Below are positions 26,585 through 34,418 of a DNA stretch of 64,000 nt, one piece after another (within the stretch, counting starts at the first letter, position 1; every line of letters starts with the position of its first letter). The translations under genes were made by a program, and so were the position numbers. The DNA lies in IMG/VR virus record IMGVR_UViG_2927713021_000002, positions 3,647 to 67,646 of that record, one strand, 5' to 3'. The notes under the pieces are model-generated. The model was not told the origin of the DNA. It was given only the letters and a program-made list of their open reading frames with translations, and did no database searches. Origin of the DNA: a virus (lineage: Duplodnaviria; Caudoviricetes).

Positions 26585-26914
26585 CTATTCGCCCTCCTCA
26601 TCCGACGCAAGTGCAAGCTCGTCGAGTGCAAACAGAACCTCGTCGACCATCGATCTAGGCAGCGGCAGGGGATGAGCATCCAGCCAGTCGGTGATCTCCC
26701 TGGCAGAAAGCCTTAAAGGCTGCACTGCCGCCATACCAACGAGGTATCTACGACCTCTCGCAGCATTACGGAAGGCATTCAGCAGGCTGCCTGTTACGAC
26801 ATCTAAGGACGGCTCGTCAGGGACGGCAATGCGCAGCTTCTGATAAATCAGGCTACGCTTTTGCGTCCCCTGCCCCCACTCGGCTTCCCACTGGAATCGG
26901 GCAAGGACTTTCCC
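26585..26914 (-). other. -1 frameshift extension (gpGT-like) of tail chaperone
   Basis: In-frame G GGA AAG slippery heptamer at 26908-26914; -1 frame is open for ~108 codons to TAG at 26585. Confidence 0.8.
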
Positions 26915-27321
26915 TTGATTTCGTCCAGCTCCTGCCGATTTTCAGCGGCGATGGTCGAGGCTCGGCGCAGGGCAAAGTAGAAGAAATCTGAATCGCCTCG
27001 CAGCATTTCAGCGCCGATAGCTTCGTTGTAGGCCAGTGCCTTTCCGTTTTCGTCTTCGGCGCCTTGCCAGTCCTTGATGATGAACGAGGCCAGGAGCTGG
27101 CAATGATTGTCGTGTTCAGACTTCTCGCCCTCAAGCACGCCAACCTGGCCTTCTAAAAACTGGGCATCATTTCGAGCCAAGCGACGTCGCATCCGCTCCA
27201 GGGCGATCTGGTACTGCTGATTATCCAAGGGCATCAGCAATACCTTGGTGTCTTTGTCGAACTCTTCCCAGCGCGCTTCGCCATTCTTGCTGGATTCAGT
27301 TTTTTTCAGCTTAAGAGCCAT
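26848..27321 (-). CDS. Tail assembly chaperone (gpG-like)
   Basis: Between tube and tape measure; IIKDWQG motif; slippery site near 3' end. Confidence 0.8.
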   Translation of the reverse strand: MALKLKKTESSKNGEARWEEFDKDTKVLLMPLDNQQYQIALERMRRRLARNDAQFLEGQVGVLEGEKSEHDNHCQLLASFIIKDWQGAEDENGKALAYNEAIGAEMLRGDSDFFYFALRRASTIAAENRQELDEIKGKSLPDSSGKPSGGRGRKSVA

Positions 27322-27393
27322 GAATAATCCTCACGCCACGCCATAAAAAAAGGCCGCGCCGGCCGGCGTCATTGCCGGAGCGACCAAAAAGAG

Positions 27394-28554
27394 TCAGGAG
27401 ACGGTGATAACCGCGGTGTCGGTCTTGGTGCCGTCGGCAACACTGGCCGCCGTGATGGTCGCAGTGCCAGCGCTGATACCGGTGACCAGGCCGCCGATGC
27501 TCACGGACGCTACGCCAGGCGCACTGGATGTCCAGGTGACGTTCTGCGGAGCGCCAGATGGGGTGACGGTCTTGGTCATCTGCTGGGTATCACCCACATC
27601 CAGCGTGGCGGTGGCCGGCGAGACATCGACAGCGGCTACGGCAACCACAGGAACGCGGGTCACGGTCGGAGCGACCTTGGCCACTGTGTAGTTCAGCGTC
27701 ACCTCGATCAGATCACGCTTGCCGCCGTTCGGCAGATCACCGTCAATCTCAATGGCCGGGAAGTCGAAGACGTACTGGTTGCCCAGGCTGTCCTCGATCG
27801 GGAACGAAAGCGCGATCGGCAGGCGGGTGAAAGTGTTCTTCCAGATCTGCCAAGCGCGGTTCGACCAGGCCATAGTGATGGTGCCGGTGATGGCCGCCTC
27901 GGTGGCGATCTGGGCGCCCGGACCGAGCTTGCTATTGCCGATGCAGCGCTGAGCTTGCAGGCTGTTGTCCAGGTTGACGGTAAGCGCCGAGACGCACGCC
28001 ACGCCCTCCAGCGACTGACCGTCGACGGTCAGGGTGCCGACGTTGATGTTCGACATGAATGGTGTAGTGGTCGGCGGGTTCACCGGGGTGACGCTATTGG
28101 TGTCGCCGTCCGCGTAATCCAGGCCCACCATGGTGAAGGTGGTGGTGATCTTGCCATCGGACGGGATGTCCAAGGCAAAAACCGACGCATGCATTCCCTT
28201 GAAGAGGGTGAACACGCTCACGTCGTTGAAGTTCTTGGCGATGGTGAAGGTTCGGCGGGTGTCGCCAACCGTCAGAATGTTGCCGGCCCAGGTACCGTAG
28301 AAGGCAGCCTCCAGCAACTTGTCGAACGAGCCGAAGGAAAGCTCGCCAACCAGATCGCCTTGAATATCGGCACTGGTGGCCACCGAGCCCTGGCTGATGC
28401 GTGATTCGGTGATTTCGTCGCTGACCTGAGTGCTCACGGTCGGAGACAAGGTGTTGCTGGTCAGGCGCAGGGTATCCCAGTTGCCTGTGGTCGGGGTGAT
28501 GCCGGGGGTGACCTCGGGGATGAGGTAACTGGTAACGCGGGCGCCAGACGACAT
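27394..28554 (-). CDS. Major tail tube protein with C-terminal Ig-like (Big_2) domain
   Basis: MSSGARVTSYLIPEVTPG; C-terminal VTWTSSAPGVASVSIGGLVTGISAGTATIT. Confidence 0.88.
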   Translation of the reverse strand: MSSGARVTSYLIPEVTPGITPTTGNWDTLRLTSNTLSPTVSTQVSDEITESRISQGSVATSADIQGDLVGELSFGSFDKLLEAAFYGTWAGNILTVGDTRRTFTIAKNFNDVSVFTLFKGMHASVFALDIPSDGKITTTFTMVGLDYADGDTNSVTPVNPPTTTPFMSNINVGTLTVDGQSLEGVACVSALTVNLDNSLQAQRCIGNSKLGPGAQIATEAAITGTITMAWSNRAWQIWKNTFTRLPIALSFPIEDSLGNQYVFDFPAIEIDGDLPNGGKRDLIEVTLNYTVAKVAPTVTRVPVVAVAAVDVSPATATLDVGDTQQMTKTVTPSGAPQNVTWTSSAPGVASVSIGGLVTGISAGTATITAASVADGTKTDTAVITVS

Positions 28555-28621
28555 GCGAATGTCTCCTTTATGCGGGCATAAAAAAACCCGCTCAAGGCGG
28601 GCAGGATCAGGGTCTTGCAGG

Positions 28622-29035
28622 TCAGCCGGCGCGGAACCGGACGTTCACGTTGATCTGGTAGTAGTCCTCGAAGTCGCCCACCACCTGCTGGGAAACCTCT
28701 AGGCATTCGATATGGCCGTCCTGCCAGGACTGGAAGTGGTCGGACAGGGCATCAGCCAGCTTGTTGATGGCGGACAGCCCGGTTGATCGACGGCAGAAGC
28801 ACTGGATCACTACCTGGCCAGGCCGGCGATAGTGCGGCTTGTCTGCCATGCCAGCGAACGACGCCGTGGCATACAGGATCTCGAATGCACACCAGACTCC
28901 GGCGGCGGGCGGCTTGAAGACACCACCGCCTGGGTTCGGACTGTTGGCATACTCAATCCGCGCCTGCTCAATACCAGTGAATGACGCCATCCGGGCAGTG
29001 AGCGTCTTGCGGACTGTCTCAAAAGGTACGGTCAT
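28622..29035 (-). CDS. Tail terminator-like protein
   Basis: Position before tube; YRRPGQVVIQCF, YQINVNVRF. Confidence 0.7.
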   Translation of the reverse strand: MTVPFETVRKTLTARMASFTGIEQARIEYANSPNPGGGVFKPPAAGVWCAFEILYATASFAGMADKPHYRRPGQVVIQCFCRRSTGLSAINKLADALSDHFQSWQDGHIECLEVSQQVVGDFEDYYQINVNVRFRAG

Positions 29036-29448
29036 GTCCACTTCTCGGTAACTGCGATGAAGGAAATGCCGTAGACGCCCATGGGCGACATTCGGCTGTA
29101 TCCCGCGAAGGTGACCTTCTCGGACGGCCCGTTGTATCCGCCGAACTCAAGCAGCTCACCGTATGGCTCGTTGTTCTGCACGTACACGGTACTGAAAGGC
29201 TTGAGGTCCGAAAGCGCTGAGGTAGCCGCTGCGAATGTTGGCTGCCCTGAGATGTCGACGGCCTGACTGATGTCGTACGAAGGAGATCCTATGGTGACGA
29301 TGTTGTTCGCCATGTACGCGCCGCTGTCGACTGGCGCATTACTGATGATCTCGCCGACCAACTCGATGACGATGTGTCGCTGCATCTCGACCAGGTCTTT
29401 TTCCACCTGATCAGCGAACAGCGCCGGCGACAGAGACCAGCCAGCCAT
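29032..29448 (-). CDS. HK97 gp10-like tail completion protein
   Basis: APVDSGAY, NNEPYGELLEFG. Confidence 0.75.
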   Translation of the reverse strand: MAGWSLSPALFADQVEKDLVEMQRHIVIELVGEIISNAPVDSGAYMANNIVTIGSPSYDISQAVDISGQPTFAAATSALSDLKPFSTVYVQNNEPYGELLEFGGYNGPSEKVTFAGYSRMSPMGVYGISFIAVTEKWT

Positions 29449-29834
29449 CAGGTGGCCCTCAACTGGATTTGATAGTGCACGCCCACGGGGTCGATGGTTA
29501 CCGGATGGATCACCAGGTGTTCTTTGAGCTCGCCGGTGATCAGATCTGGAGCAATTATCCTGTGTCCAGGGGTTGGCTTGTCGCTCACCTCATTGACCAA
29601 GGCGATCAGCTTCACGTCGGTCGCCAGTATGCGCAGCCCGTCGATCTGCTCAGACTTGTAGCGAGTCAGAACGCCGCGGCCGGTATAGGCGACCGGCTGG
29701 GCGGTGGTCACTTCCTCAACCGGATCCCAGACACCTTCGCCCGGGTAGGTGCCGGTGAAGTCGTGAACCGCCTCAGCAAACGCTTTATCGAACAGGCGCC
29801 CGAACGACGACTGCATGGTGCTCTTGATCGGCAT
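29448..29834 (-). CDS. Head closure / head-tail joining protein
   Basis: GVWDP...YTGRGV...IDGLRILATDVKL...DPVGVHYQIQLR. Confidence 0.7.
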   Translation of the reverse strand: MPIKSTMQSSFGRLFDKAFAEAVHDFTGTYPGEGVWDPVEEVTTAQPVAYTGRGVLTRYKSEQIDGLRILATDVKLIALVNEVSDKPTPGHRIIAPDLITGELKEHLVIHPVTIDPVGVHYQIQLRAT

Positions 29835-29835
29835 G

Positions 29836-30837
29836 TCACACCGCCTGACTGGTCTTCCGGAGGGTATATTCGGCAACACACCTGCAGCGGATACGCTCAC
29901 TGAGCGGAGCGCCAAGCGATGTGTCACACGGAAACATCAGCATGGCGCCGGCCGGAGAGATGAATGCCTGGCCTGCCATTACGGTCTGTCCGTTCATCTC
30001 GCCGTGGGTGCGCCGCTCTCGGCCATCCATCGTGGTCTTCCACTTCTTGGCGAAGGTGTATTGCCCATTGCTGCGCGCCGTGAGCTGCTGCCACCCCTCC
30101 TCTCGGCCCTTGTTGTAGGCCTCGGCAGTGTTGGTCTGTGCCAAAGCATCGGCGTAGGTGCTGAGCAGGCGCTGCGCATATGCCGTGGTGGCGCGGTCGA
30201 TGGTTGTCTTGGCGAGCGACTTTCCCGCCTCTATCGCCTCGCGAACCGCTGCATCAAACGCTGGGTCGCGGCGCACCCTGGTCAGGTAGTTGCGCATATT
30301 GCCCGGGTCGCCACTGGCGAGCTGGTCGCGCGCACGCTCGATTGCTTCGGCAGAAGCGCCGCTGAGACCAACGACCCCGCCAGTGCGGCGCCCGGTCTGC
30401 CGGCTCAGCCGTCCTGCCAAGTTCAGCGCTACGGTGCGCGCCGAGTCGCCACGGTCGCGACCCATCGACAACACTACACGCACCGCATCCGCCTGGTCAC
30501 GAGCCACCTGTTCCCGCAGCGCAGAAGCTTGGGCGCTCAGGAATTCACTCACGCTGCGATCGCTCATGTCGATCTCGCGGCGAACAACAGGGATGATGAT
30601 CGCCACCAGTTCCTTGCTGGCCCCGCGGGCATACGCGGCGCGCAGGCGTTCCAGCAGCACGGCCAGCAGGCCCAGCGATAGGATTTCAGCGATGCGATCC
30701 TCGTCATTGTCGTCTACGGCCTGCTCAAGCTGCGCGAGGCTGATGTAGCGAACGGTCTGGGCTACCTGCTCGAGGTAGGCCTGCTTGGCCTCGCCCTCCA
30801 GCCGCTTGATCTCGTCCTCTACCTCGGAGGCCTTCAT
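29836..30837 (-). CDS. Head morphogenesis / minor head protein (Mu gpF / SPP1 gp7-like)
   Basis: KKWKTTMDGRERRTH, MLMFPCD, IRCRC. Confidence 0.8.
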   Translation of the reverse strand: MKASEVEDEIKRLEGEAKQAYLEQVAQTVRYISLAQLEQAVDDNDEDRIAEILSLGLLAVLLERLRAAYARGASKELVAIIIPVVRREIDMSDRSVSEFLSAQASALREQVARDQADAVRVVLSMGRDRGDSARTVALNLAGRLSRQTGRRTGGVVGLSGASAEAIERARDQLASGDPGNMRNYLTRVRRDPAFDAAVREAIEAGKSLAKTTIDRATTAYAQRLLSTYADALAQTNTAEAYNKGREEGWQQLTARSNGQYTFAKKWKTTMDGRERRTHGEMNGQTVMAGQAFISPAGAMLMFPCDTSLGAPLSERIRCRCVAEYTLRKTSQAV

Positions 30838-31358
30838 ACGACGAACACCGCCACACCGCACAACCTGTTACTGCGCAGGAGCGGGGCCACCAACTCATCC
30901 ACTACGGTCAACACCGGGCGCGTCGGGACGCCGCCATCAGGCGTGGCCGTGGCCTGGTATTCGATCTCCAGCACGTCGACCTTCTGCCGCTTTATGGCCT
31001 CGGCGGCTACGTAGTCAGGGCTCAGGCTGCCAGGGTTCACCAGTTCGCGCAGAGCCGCCTCGTAGGTGGCCCGCTCAATCTCCGCTGGCACCTCGTCAGG
31101 CGGGATGGCCGCGCCTTCGTTGTCCGTTGCGCCGGTGCGGGGCCACTGGAGTTCCTGCGCCCGTCCACCGGTCTTCACGCCGGAGAACATCGACTCCCAA
31201 CGCCCGCAGCTGTTCTGCTGCTGGTACTTGCCGTCGATGTAGGCCGATGCCCTGATCAGCGCCGCCTGCTTCGCTTCGTCACTGCCGGCCCAGGCAGCAT
31301 TCGCCCGGGCAGAGTGGTAGGCGTCGGCGCCTGCGACGGATCCGTAGAATTCTGGCAT
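30834..31358 (-). CDS. Head-tail adaptor (DnaT-like family)
   Basis: YGSVAGADAYH...ALIRASAYID...QELQWPR...KVDVLEIEY. Confidence 0.75.
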   Translation of the reverse strand: MPEFYGSVAGADAYHSARANAAWAGSDEAKQAALIRASAYIDGKYQQQNSCGRWESMFSGVKTGGRAQELQWPRTGATDNEGAAIPPDEVPAEIERATYEAALRELVNPGSLSPDYVAAEAIKRQKVDVLEIEYQATATPDGGVPTRPVLTVVDELVAPLLRSNRLCGVAVFVV

Positions 31359-31400
31359 CGGGATGTCTCGAATAAGTGGGCGGCGAACCGCCCGGGGTTG

Positions 31401-31781
31401 TTACGGGTGCTTGGCCAGTTCGGCCTGCAGCTCTTCCAGGGTGACGTCGTCGCCGACTTCAACGCCCTTTTCCTTGAGCTTGGCGATGGCCTCTTCCTTG
31501 GCCTTGGATTCAGCCTCGACCAGGCGCTCTTGCAGAGTTTTCAGGCTGGAGTTCTTGCCAGCCTCGACACCCAGCGCCTTCAGCTTGGCGAACAGCGCCT
31601 CCTTGTCGCCTTCGTCGGCCTTCGGCGCAGTGCCGGAGACCTTCAGGAAGTCCAGGCGCGATGCCAGCTTGTGGCCGGACTCGCTCAGCTCTACCTCGCG
31701 AGACTCGCCCGGACCGACGAAAACCACGCCGGTTGCGGTGTGCACACCCTGCGGCGCCTTGGAGTTGTTGGTCACTTTCAT
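31401..31781 (-). CDS. Hypothetical head-associated protein
   Basis: Follows capsid gene with GGAG SD; repeated AKLKxxGVE helices. Confidence 0.7.
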   Translation of the reverse strand: MKVTNNSKAPQGVHTATGVVFVGPGESREVELSESGHKLASRLDFLKVSGTAPKADEGDKEALFAKLKALGVEAGKNSSLKTLQERLVEAESKAKEEAIAKLKEKGVEVGDDVTLEELQAELAKHP

Positions 31782-31793
31782 GGTGATCTCCTG

Positions 31794-32753
31794 TCAGGCA
31801 GCCGGGGCGGTGATTTCATCGAGGTACGCGAAAGCGCCGGGCAGGCGAATCTCGGTACCGCCAGTGCGGGCGATGATGCCGGTCTCGAAGCCCATGATGG
31901 ACTTCTGGCGCGGCGCCAGGACGCGGCGAGGCATCGGCAGGTGGAAGCGAACCACCTCCGGGTCCTTGCGGTAGGCAACCAGACGACCACCGCCGTCCTG
32001 GGAGGCGTTGCGGGCCTCGCGCAGCGGCTGAATGTCCAGCGCCTGGCCGGTCTCGGCGGTGTAGATGTTGTTGCGGCGGATGAACTCCAGCACTGTCATG
32101 AAGCCGTCACCAGCCCCCATGCGGCGGGTGGCCAAGTCACGGAAGGCGTCTGGCGGCATGCGCAGGGTGTCCGCCCATTCCACCTCGCCGGTATTGGTGC
32201 GGACGCTGCTCAGCACGCCGTTGATGTCAGCCAGGATCTGGTCAACGGTCTTGCTCGCCCAGAAAGTCGAACTTCCGGTGCCGGTTGCGGCCGCATCAGT
32301 GCGGGCAACGATGGTGCTGTTCAGGAGGCCGGTCCAGTTCTTCTCGGTCGAGCCGCGCATGGCGATGTCGTTCAGCAGGCGCTCAACCTTGTCCGCGGCG
32401 CTCATGGCCTTGGTGTCGTTCAGGTTGACGCCATACAGAGCGGCTTGGTTGATTTCTTCCAGGTTCCACTCCCAGCCGGAGCCGATCATGGCGAAGTCGT
32501 GCGACGCCTGATCGCGGGTCACCTGGTTGAACGGCATGTCGGTACCGGCGCCGCTGAGGAACTTGGCCTCGCCGGCGGTATCGACGGTGAAGAAGGTGGT
32601 GCCGATAGCCCACGGCTGGCCTTCGGTCACGACCGGCACGTGCGCGGCGTAGTTGAAGGCTGGGTAGCGGCGTTGGTAGACGCGGGTCTCGATGTTACGG
32701 CCTTGGGCGATAACGAACGGGAGCGCCGCCTGAGCGTCTTCGAAGCGAGTCAT
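31794..32753 (-). CDS. Major capsid protein (DUF2184 family)
   Basis: GWEWNLEEI, TGLLNS, RTGGTEIRLP. Confidence 0.85.
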   Translation of the reverse strand: MTRFEDAQAALPFVIAQGRNIETRVYQRRYPAFNYAAHVPVVTEGQPWAIGTTFFTVDTAGEAKFLSGAGTDMPFNQVTRDQASHDFAMIGSGWEWNLEEINQAALYGVNLNDTKAMSAADKVERLLNDIAMRGSTEKNWTGLLNSTIVARTDAAATGTGSSTFWASKTVDQILADINGVLSSVRTNTGEVEWADTLRMPPDAFRDLATRRMGAGDGFMTVLEFIRRNNIYTAETGQALDIQPLREARNASQDGGGRLVAYRKDPEVVRFHLPMPRRVLAPRQKSIMGFETGIIARTGGTEIRLPGAFAYLDEITAPAA

Positions 32754-32771
32754 GTGGTAGTTCCCTCGGCC

Positions 32772-33257
32772 TTAGGCGGAAGCAATTGGGCGCAGGCCCA
32801 TGGAGATTTCGACGATGTCGCCGTTCGCGCCGGAGGTGTCGAACACGACATCAGGCAGCGGGCCGACGATGCCAGCGCCGGTGGCAGCGACGTAGCGGTT
32901 GGTGGTCGGGTTGTAGAACACCTCGCCGCCATCCACGACAGCGCCGCCAGCCTGGACCTTCATCGGACCCATGGTCATGAAGGCGCCGGTGAAGTACTGC
33001 GGGTAACCGTCGACCAGCTGGGAGCCCTGGGCAACCGGAGGAACGGCTGGGTTCAGCACCGCGAAGCCGATGAACACGCCAGCGGAGAACGGCACGACGC
33101 CATGGTCGCCCGAGCCGCGCTGGACCGGCGCACCAAAGCGGATGCCCTCAGCGTTCTCGACGGTGCGGGAGATCTTGTTGCACTTCTCCTCGCTGGCGAT
33201 CTGGCCGACCAGGCCCTTGGCCGGGGCATTGGTATAAGTGTTTTGGTAGGTAGCCAT
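32772..33257 (-). CDS. Capsid decoration/cement protein
   Basis: MATYQNTYTNAPAKGLVGQIA; lies between protease/scaffold and capsid genes. Confidence 0.75.
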   Translation of the reverse strand: MATYQNTYTNAPAKGLVGQIASEEKCNKISRTVENAEGIRFGAPVQRGSGDHGVVPFSAGVFIGFAVLNPAVPPVAQGSQLVDGYPQYFTGAFMTMGPMKVQAGGAVVDGGEVFYNPTTNRYVAATGAGIVGPLPDVVFDTSGANGDIVEISMGLRPIASA

Positions 33258-33269
33258 CGCTGGTTCTCC

Positions 33270-34403
33270 TTAGGCCTGGGCCGGGCGGTGGGCGGTTTGC
33301 ATGTCAGCGATCATCTGCAGGCGAGCCTTTTCAGCGTCGTCGCCGGTGGTCTTGCTGTCCTGCTGGATCATGTGCTGGCGGAAAGGGTCGCCGGCCGGGT
33401 TCTTCGCGGCGTCCTCGACCAGAAGGTCGAAGCGAGCGTCGATGTAGGCCTCGGTCTTGCCAGCAATGGCGGCGTCGCCCAGCTTGGCGATGACCACGGC
33501 CTTGCGGATCTCGGCATCGCCCTTGCCGGTGTAGTCAGCGTCAGCGATGGACTTGGCCTTGGTGACCAGGTCAGCGCGCGCCTGAACGCGCTTGTCGAGA
33601 TCCGCATCGCTGAGAACAGCTGCTTTCAGCTTGGTGATCTCGTCGTCCTTCTTGGCCAGCTCGCTGTCCTTGGCCGCCAGGGCCACAGCGTGCGCGTCGG
33701 TCAGGGTTTTGATGTTGACGCCCGCGTCGGCCAGCTGCTTGGTCAGCTTGTCGATCGCCTGGGCGCCCTGGTCGGTGGTTTGAACGGACAGGCCATCAAC
33801 AATGACCGTGCGCAGGGAATCAGCCATTTGATGGCCTCCTTTTGGGGGTTTGGGGTCGTTGTCACCGATGCGAAGCTTTTCGCCGCCTCGAGCGCGATGC
33901 TCCAGGCTGAGGTGATTCATTTTCATGGGCCCGAGGTAGACATCGAAGTGCTCGCCCTCGGGGGTTTGCCCATCCTGGAACACGACTTCAGCGCCGTACC
34001 CCATGGAGAGCTCGCGTTTGCCGGCCTCGTAGTCCTCGATGGCCTTGGCGTCCATCAGCACCAGCGGCACCTTGACGAACTCGCCATCGCGGACGACTTC
34101 GCCGCCGGTCTGGCCGATGGCGTGGTCTTTCCAGTTCTTGGCGTTGACGCCCTCGCCGCCAGGGTGGCCGTTGGTCATGGGCCGGTAGGCGTAGGACTGC
34201 ATGGCGTCCTTGTGGAAAACCGAGCTCTCCGGCCGGTACACCTTGACGATGGGCTTGTCGCGCAGGCCGTGCTCGTTGTCCGGGTCGATCTCGGTGCCCA
34301 GGTAGTCCTGAATGCCGGTGCGGGCGACCCTGGCCTCGGCCACCAGGTAACCGTCAGCCGTCCGCCGCACATTGGAAGCGGTGACAGAGTCTTGAAGGAT
34401 CAT
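33270..34403 (-). CDS. DUF2213 prohead protease/scaffold
   Basis: TADGYL, ARTGIQDY, GKRELSMGY, NHLSL..RARGG; C-terminal coiled scaffold. Confidence 0.85.
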   Translation of the reverse strand: MILQDSVTASNVRRTADGYLVAEARVARTGIQDYLGTEIDPDNEHGLRDKPIVKVYRPESSVFHKDAMQSYAYRPMTNGHPGGEGVNAKNWKDHAIGQTGGEVVRDGEFVKVPLVLMDAKAIEDYEAGKRELSMGYGAEVVFQDGQTPEGEHFDVYLGPMKMNHLSLEHRARGGEKLRIGDNDPKPPKGGHQMADSLRTVIVDGLSVQTTDQGAQAIDKLTKQLADAGVNIKTLTDAHAVALAAKDSELAKKDDEITKLKAAVLSDADLDKRVQARADLVTKAKSIADADYTGKGDAEIRKAVVIAKLGDAAIAGKTEAYIDARFDLLVEDAAKNPAGDPFRQHMIQQDSKTTGDDAEKARLQMIADMQTAHRPAQA

Positions 34404-34418
34404 GTTTGCCTCGAGCGG

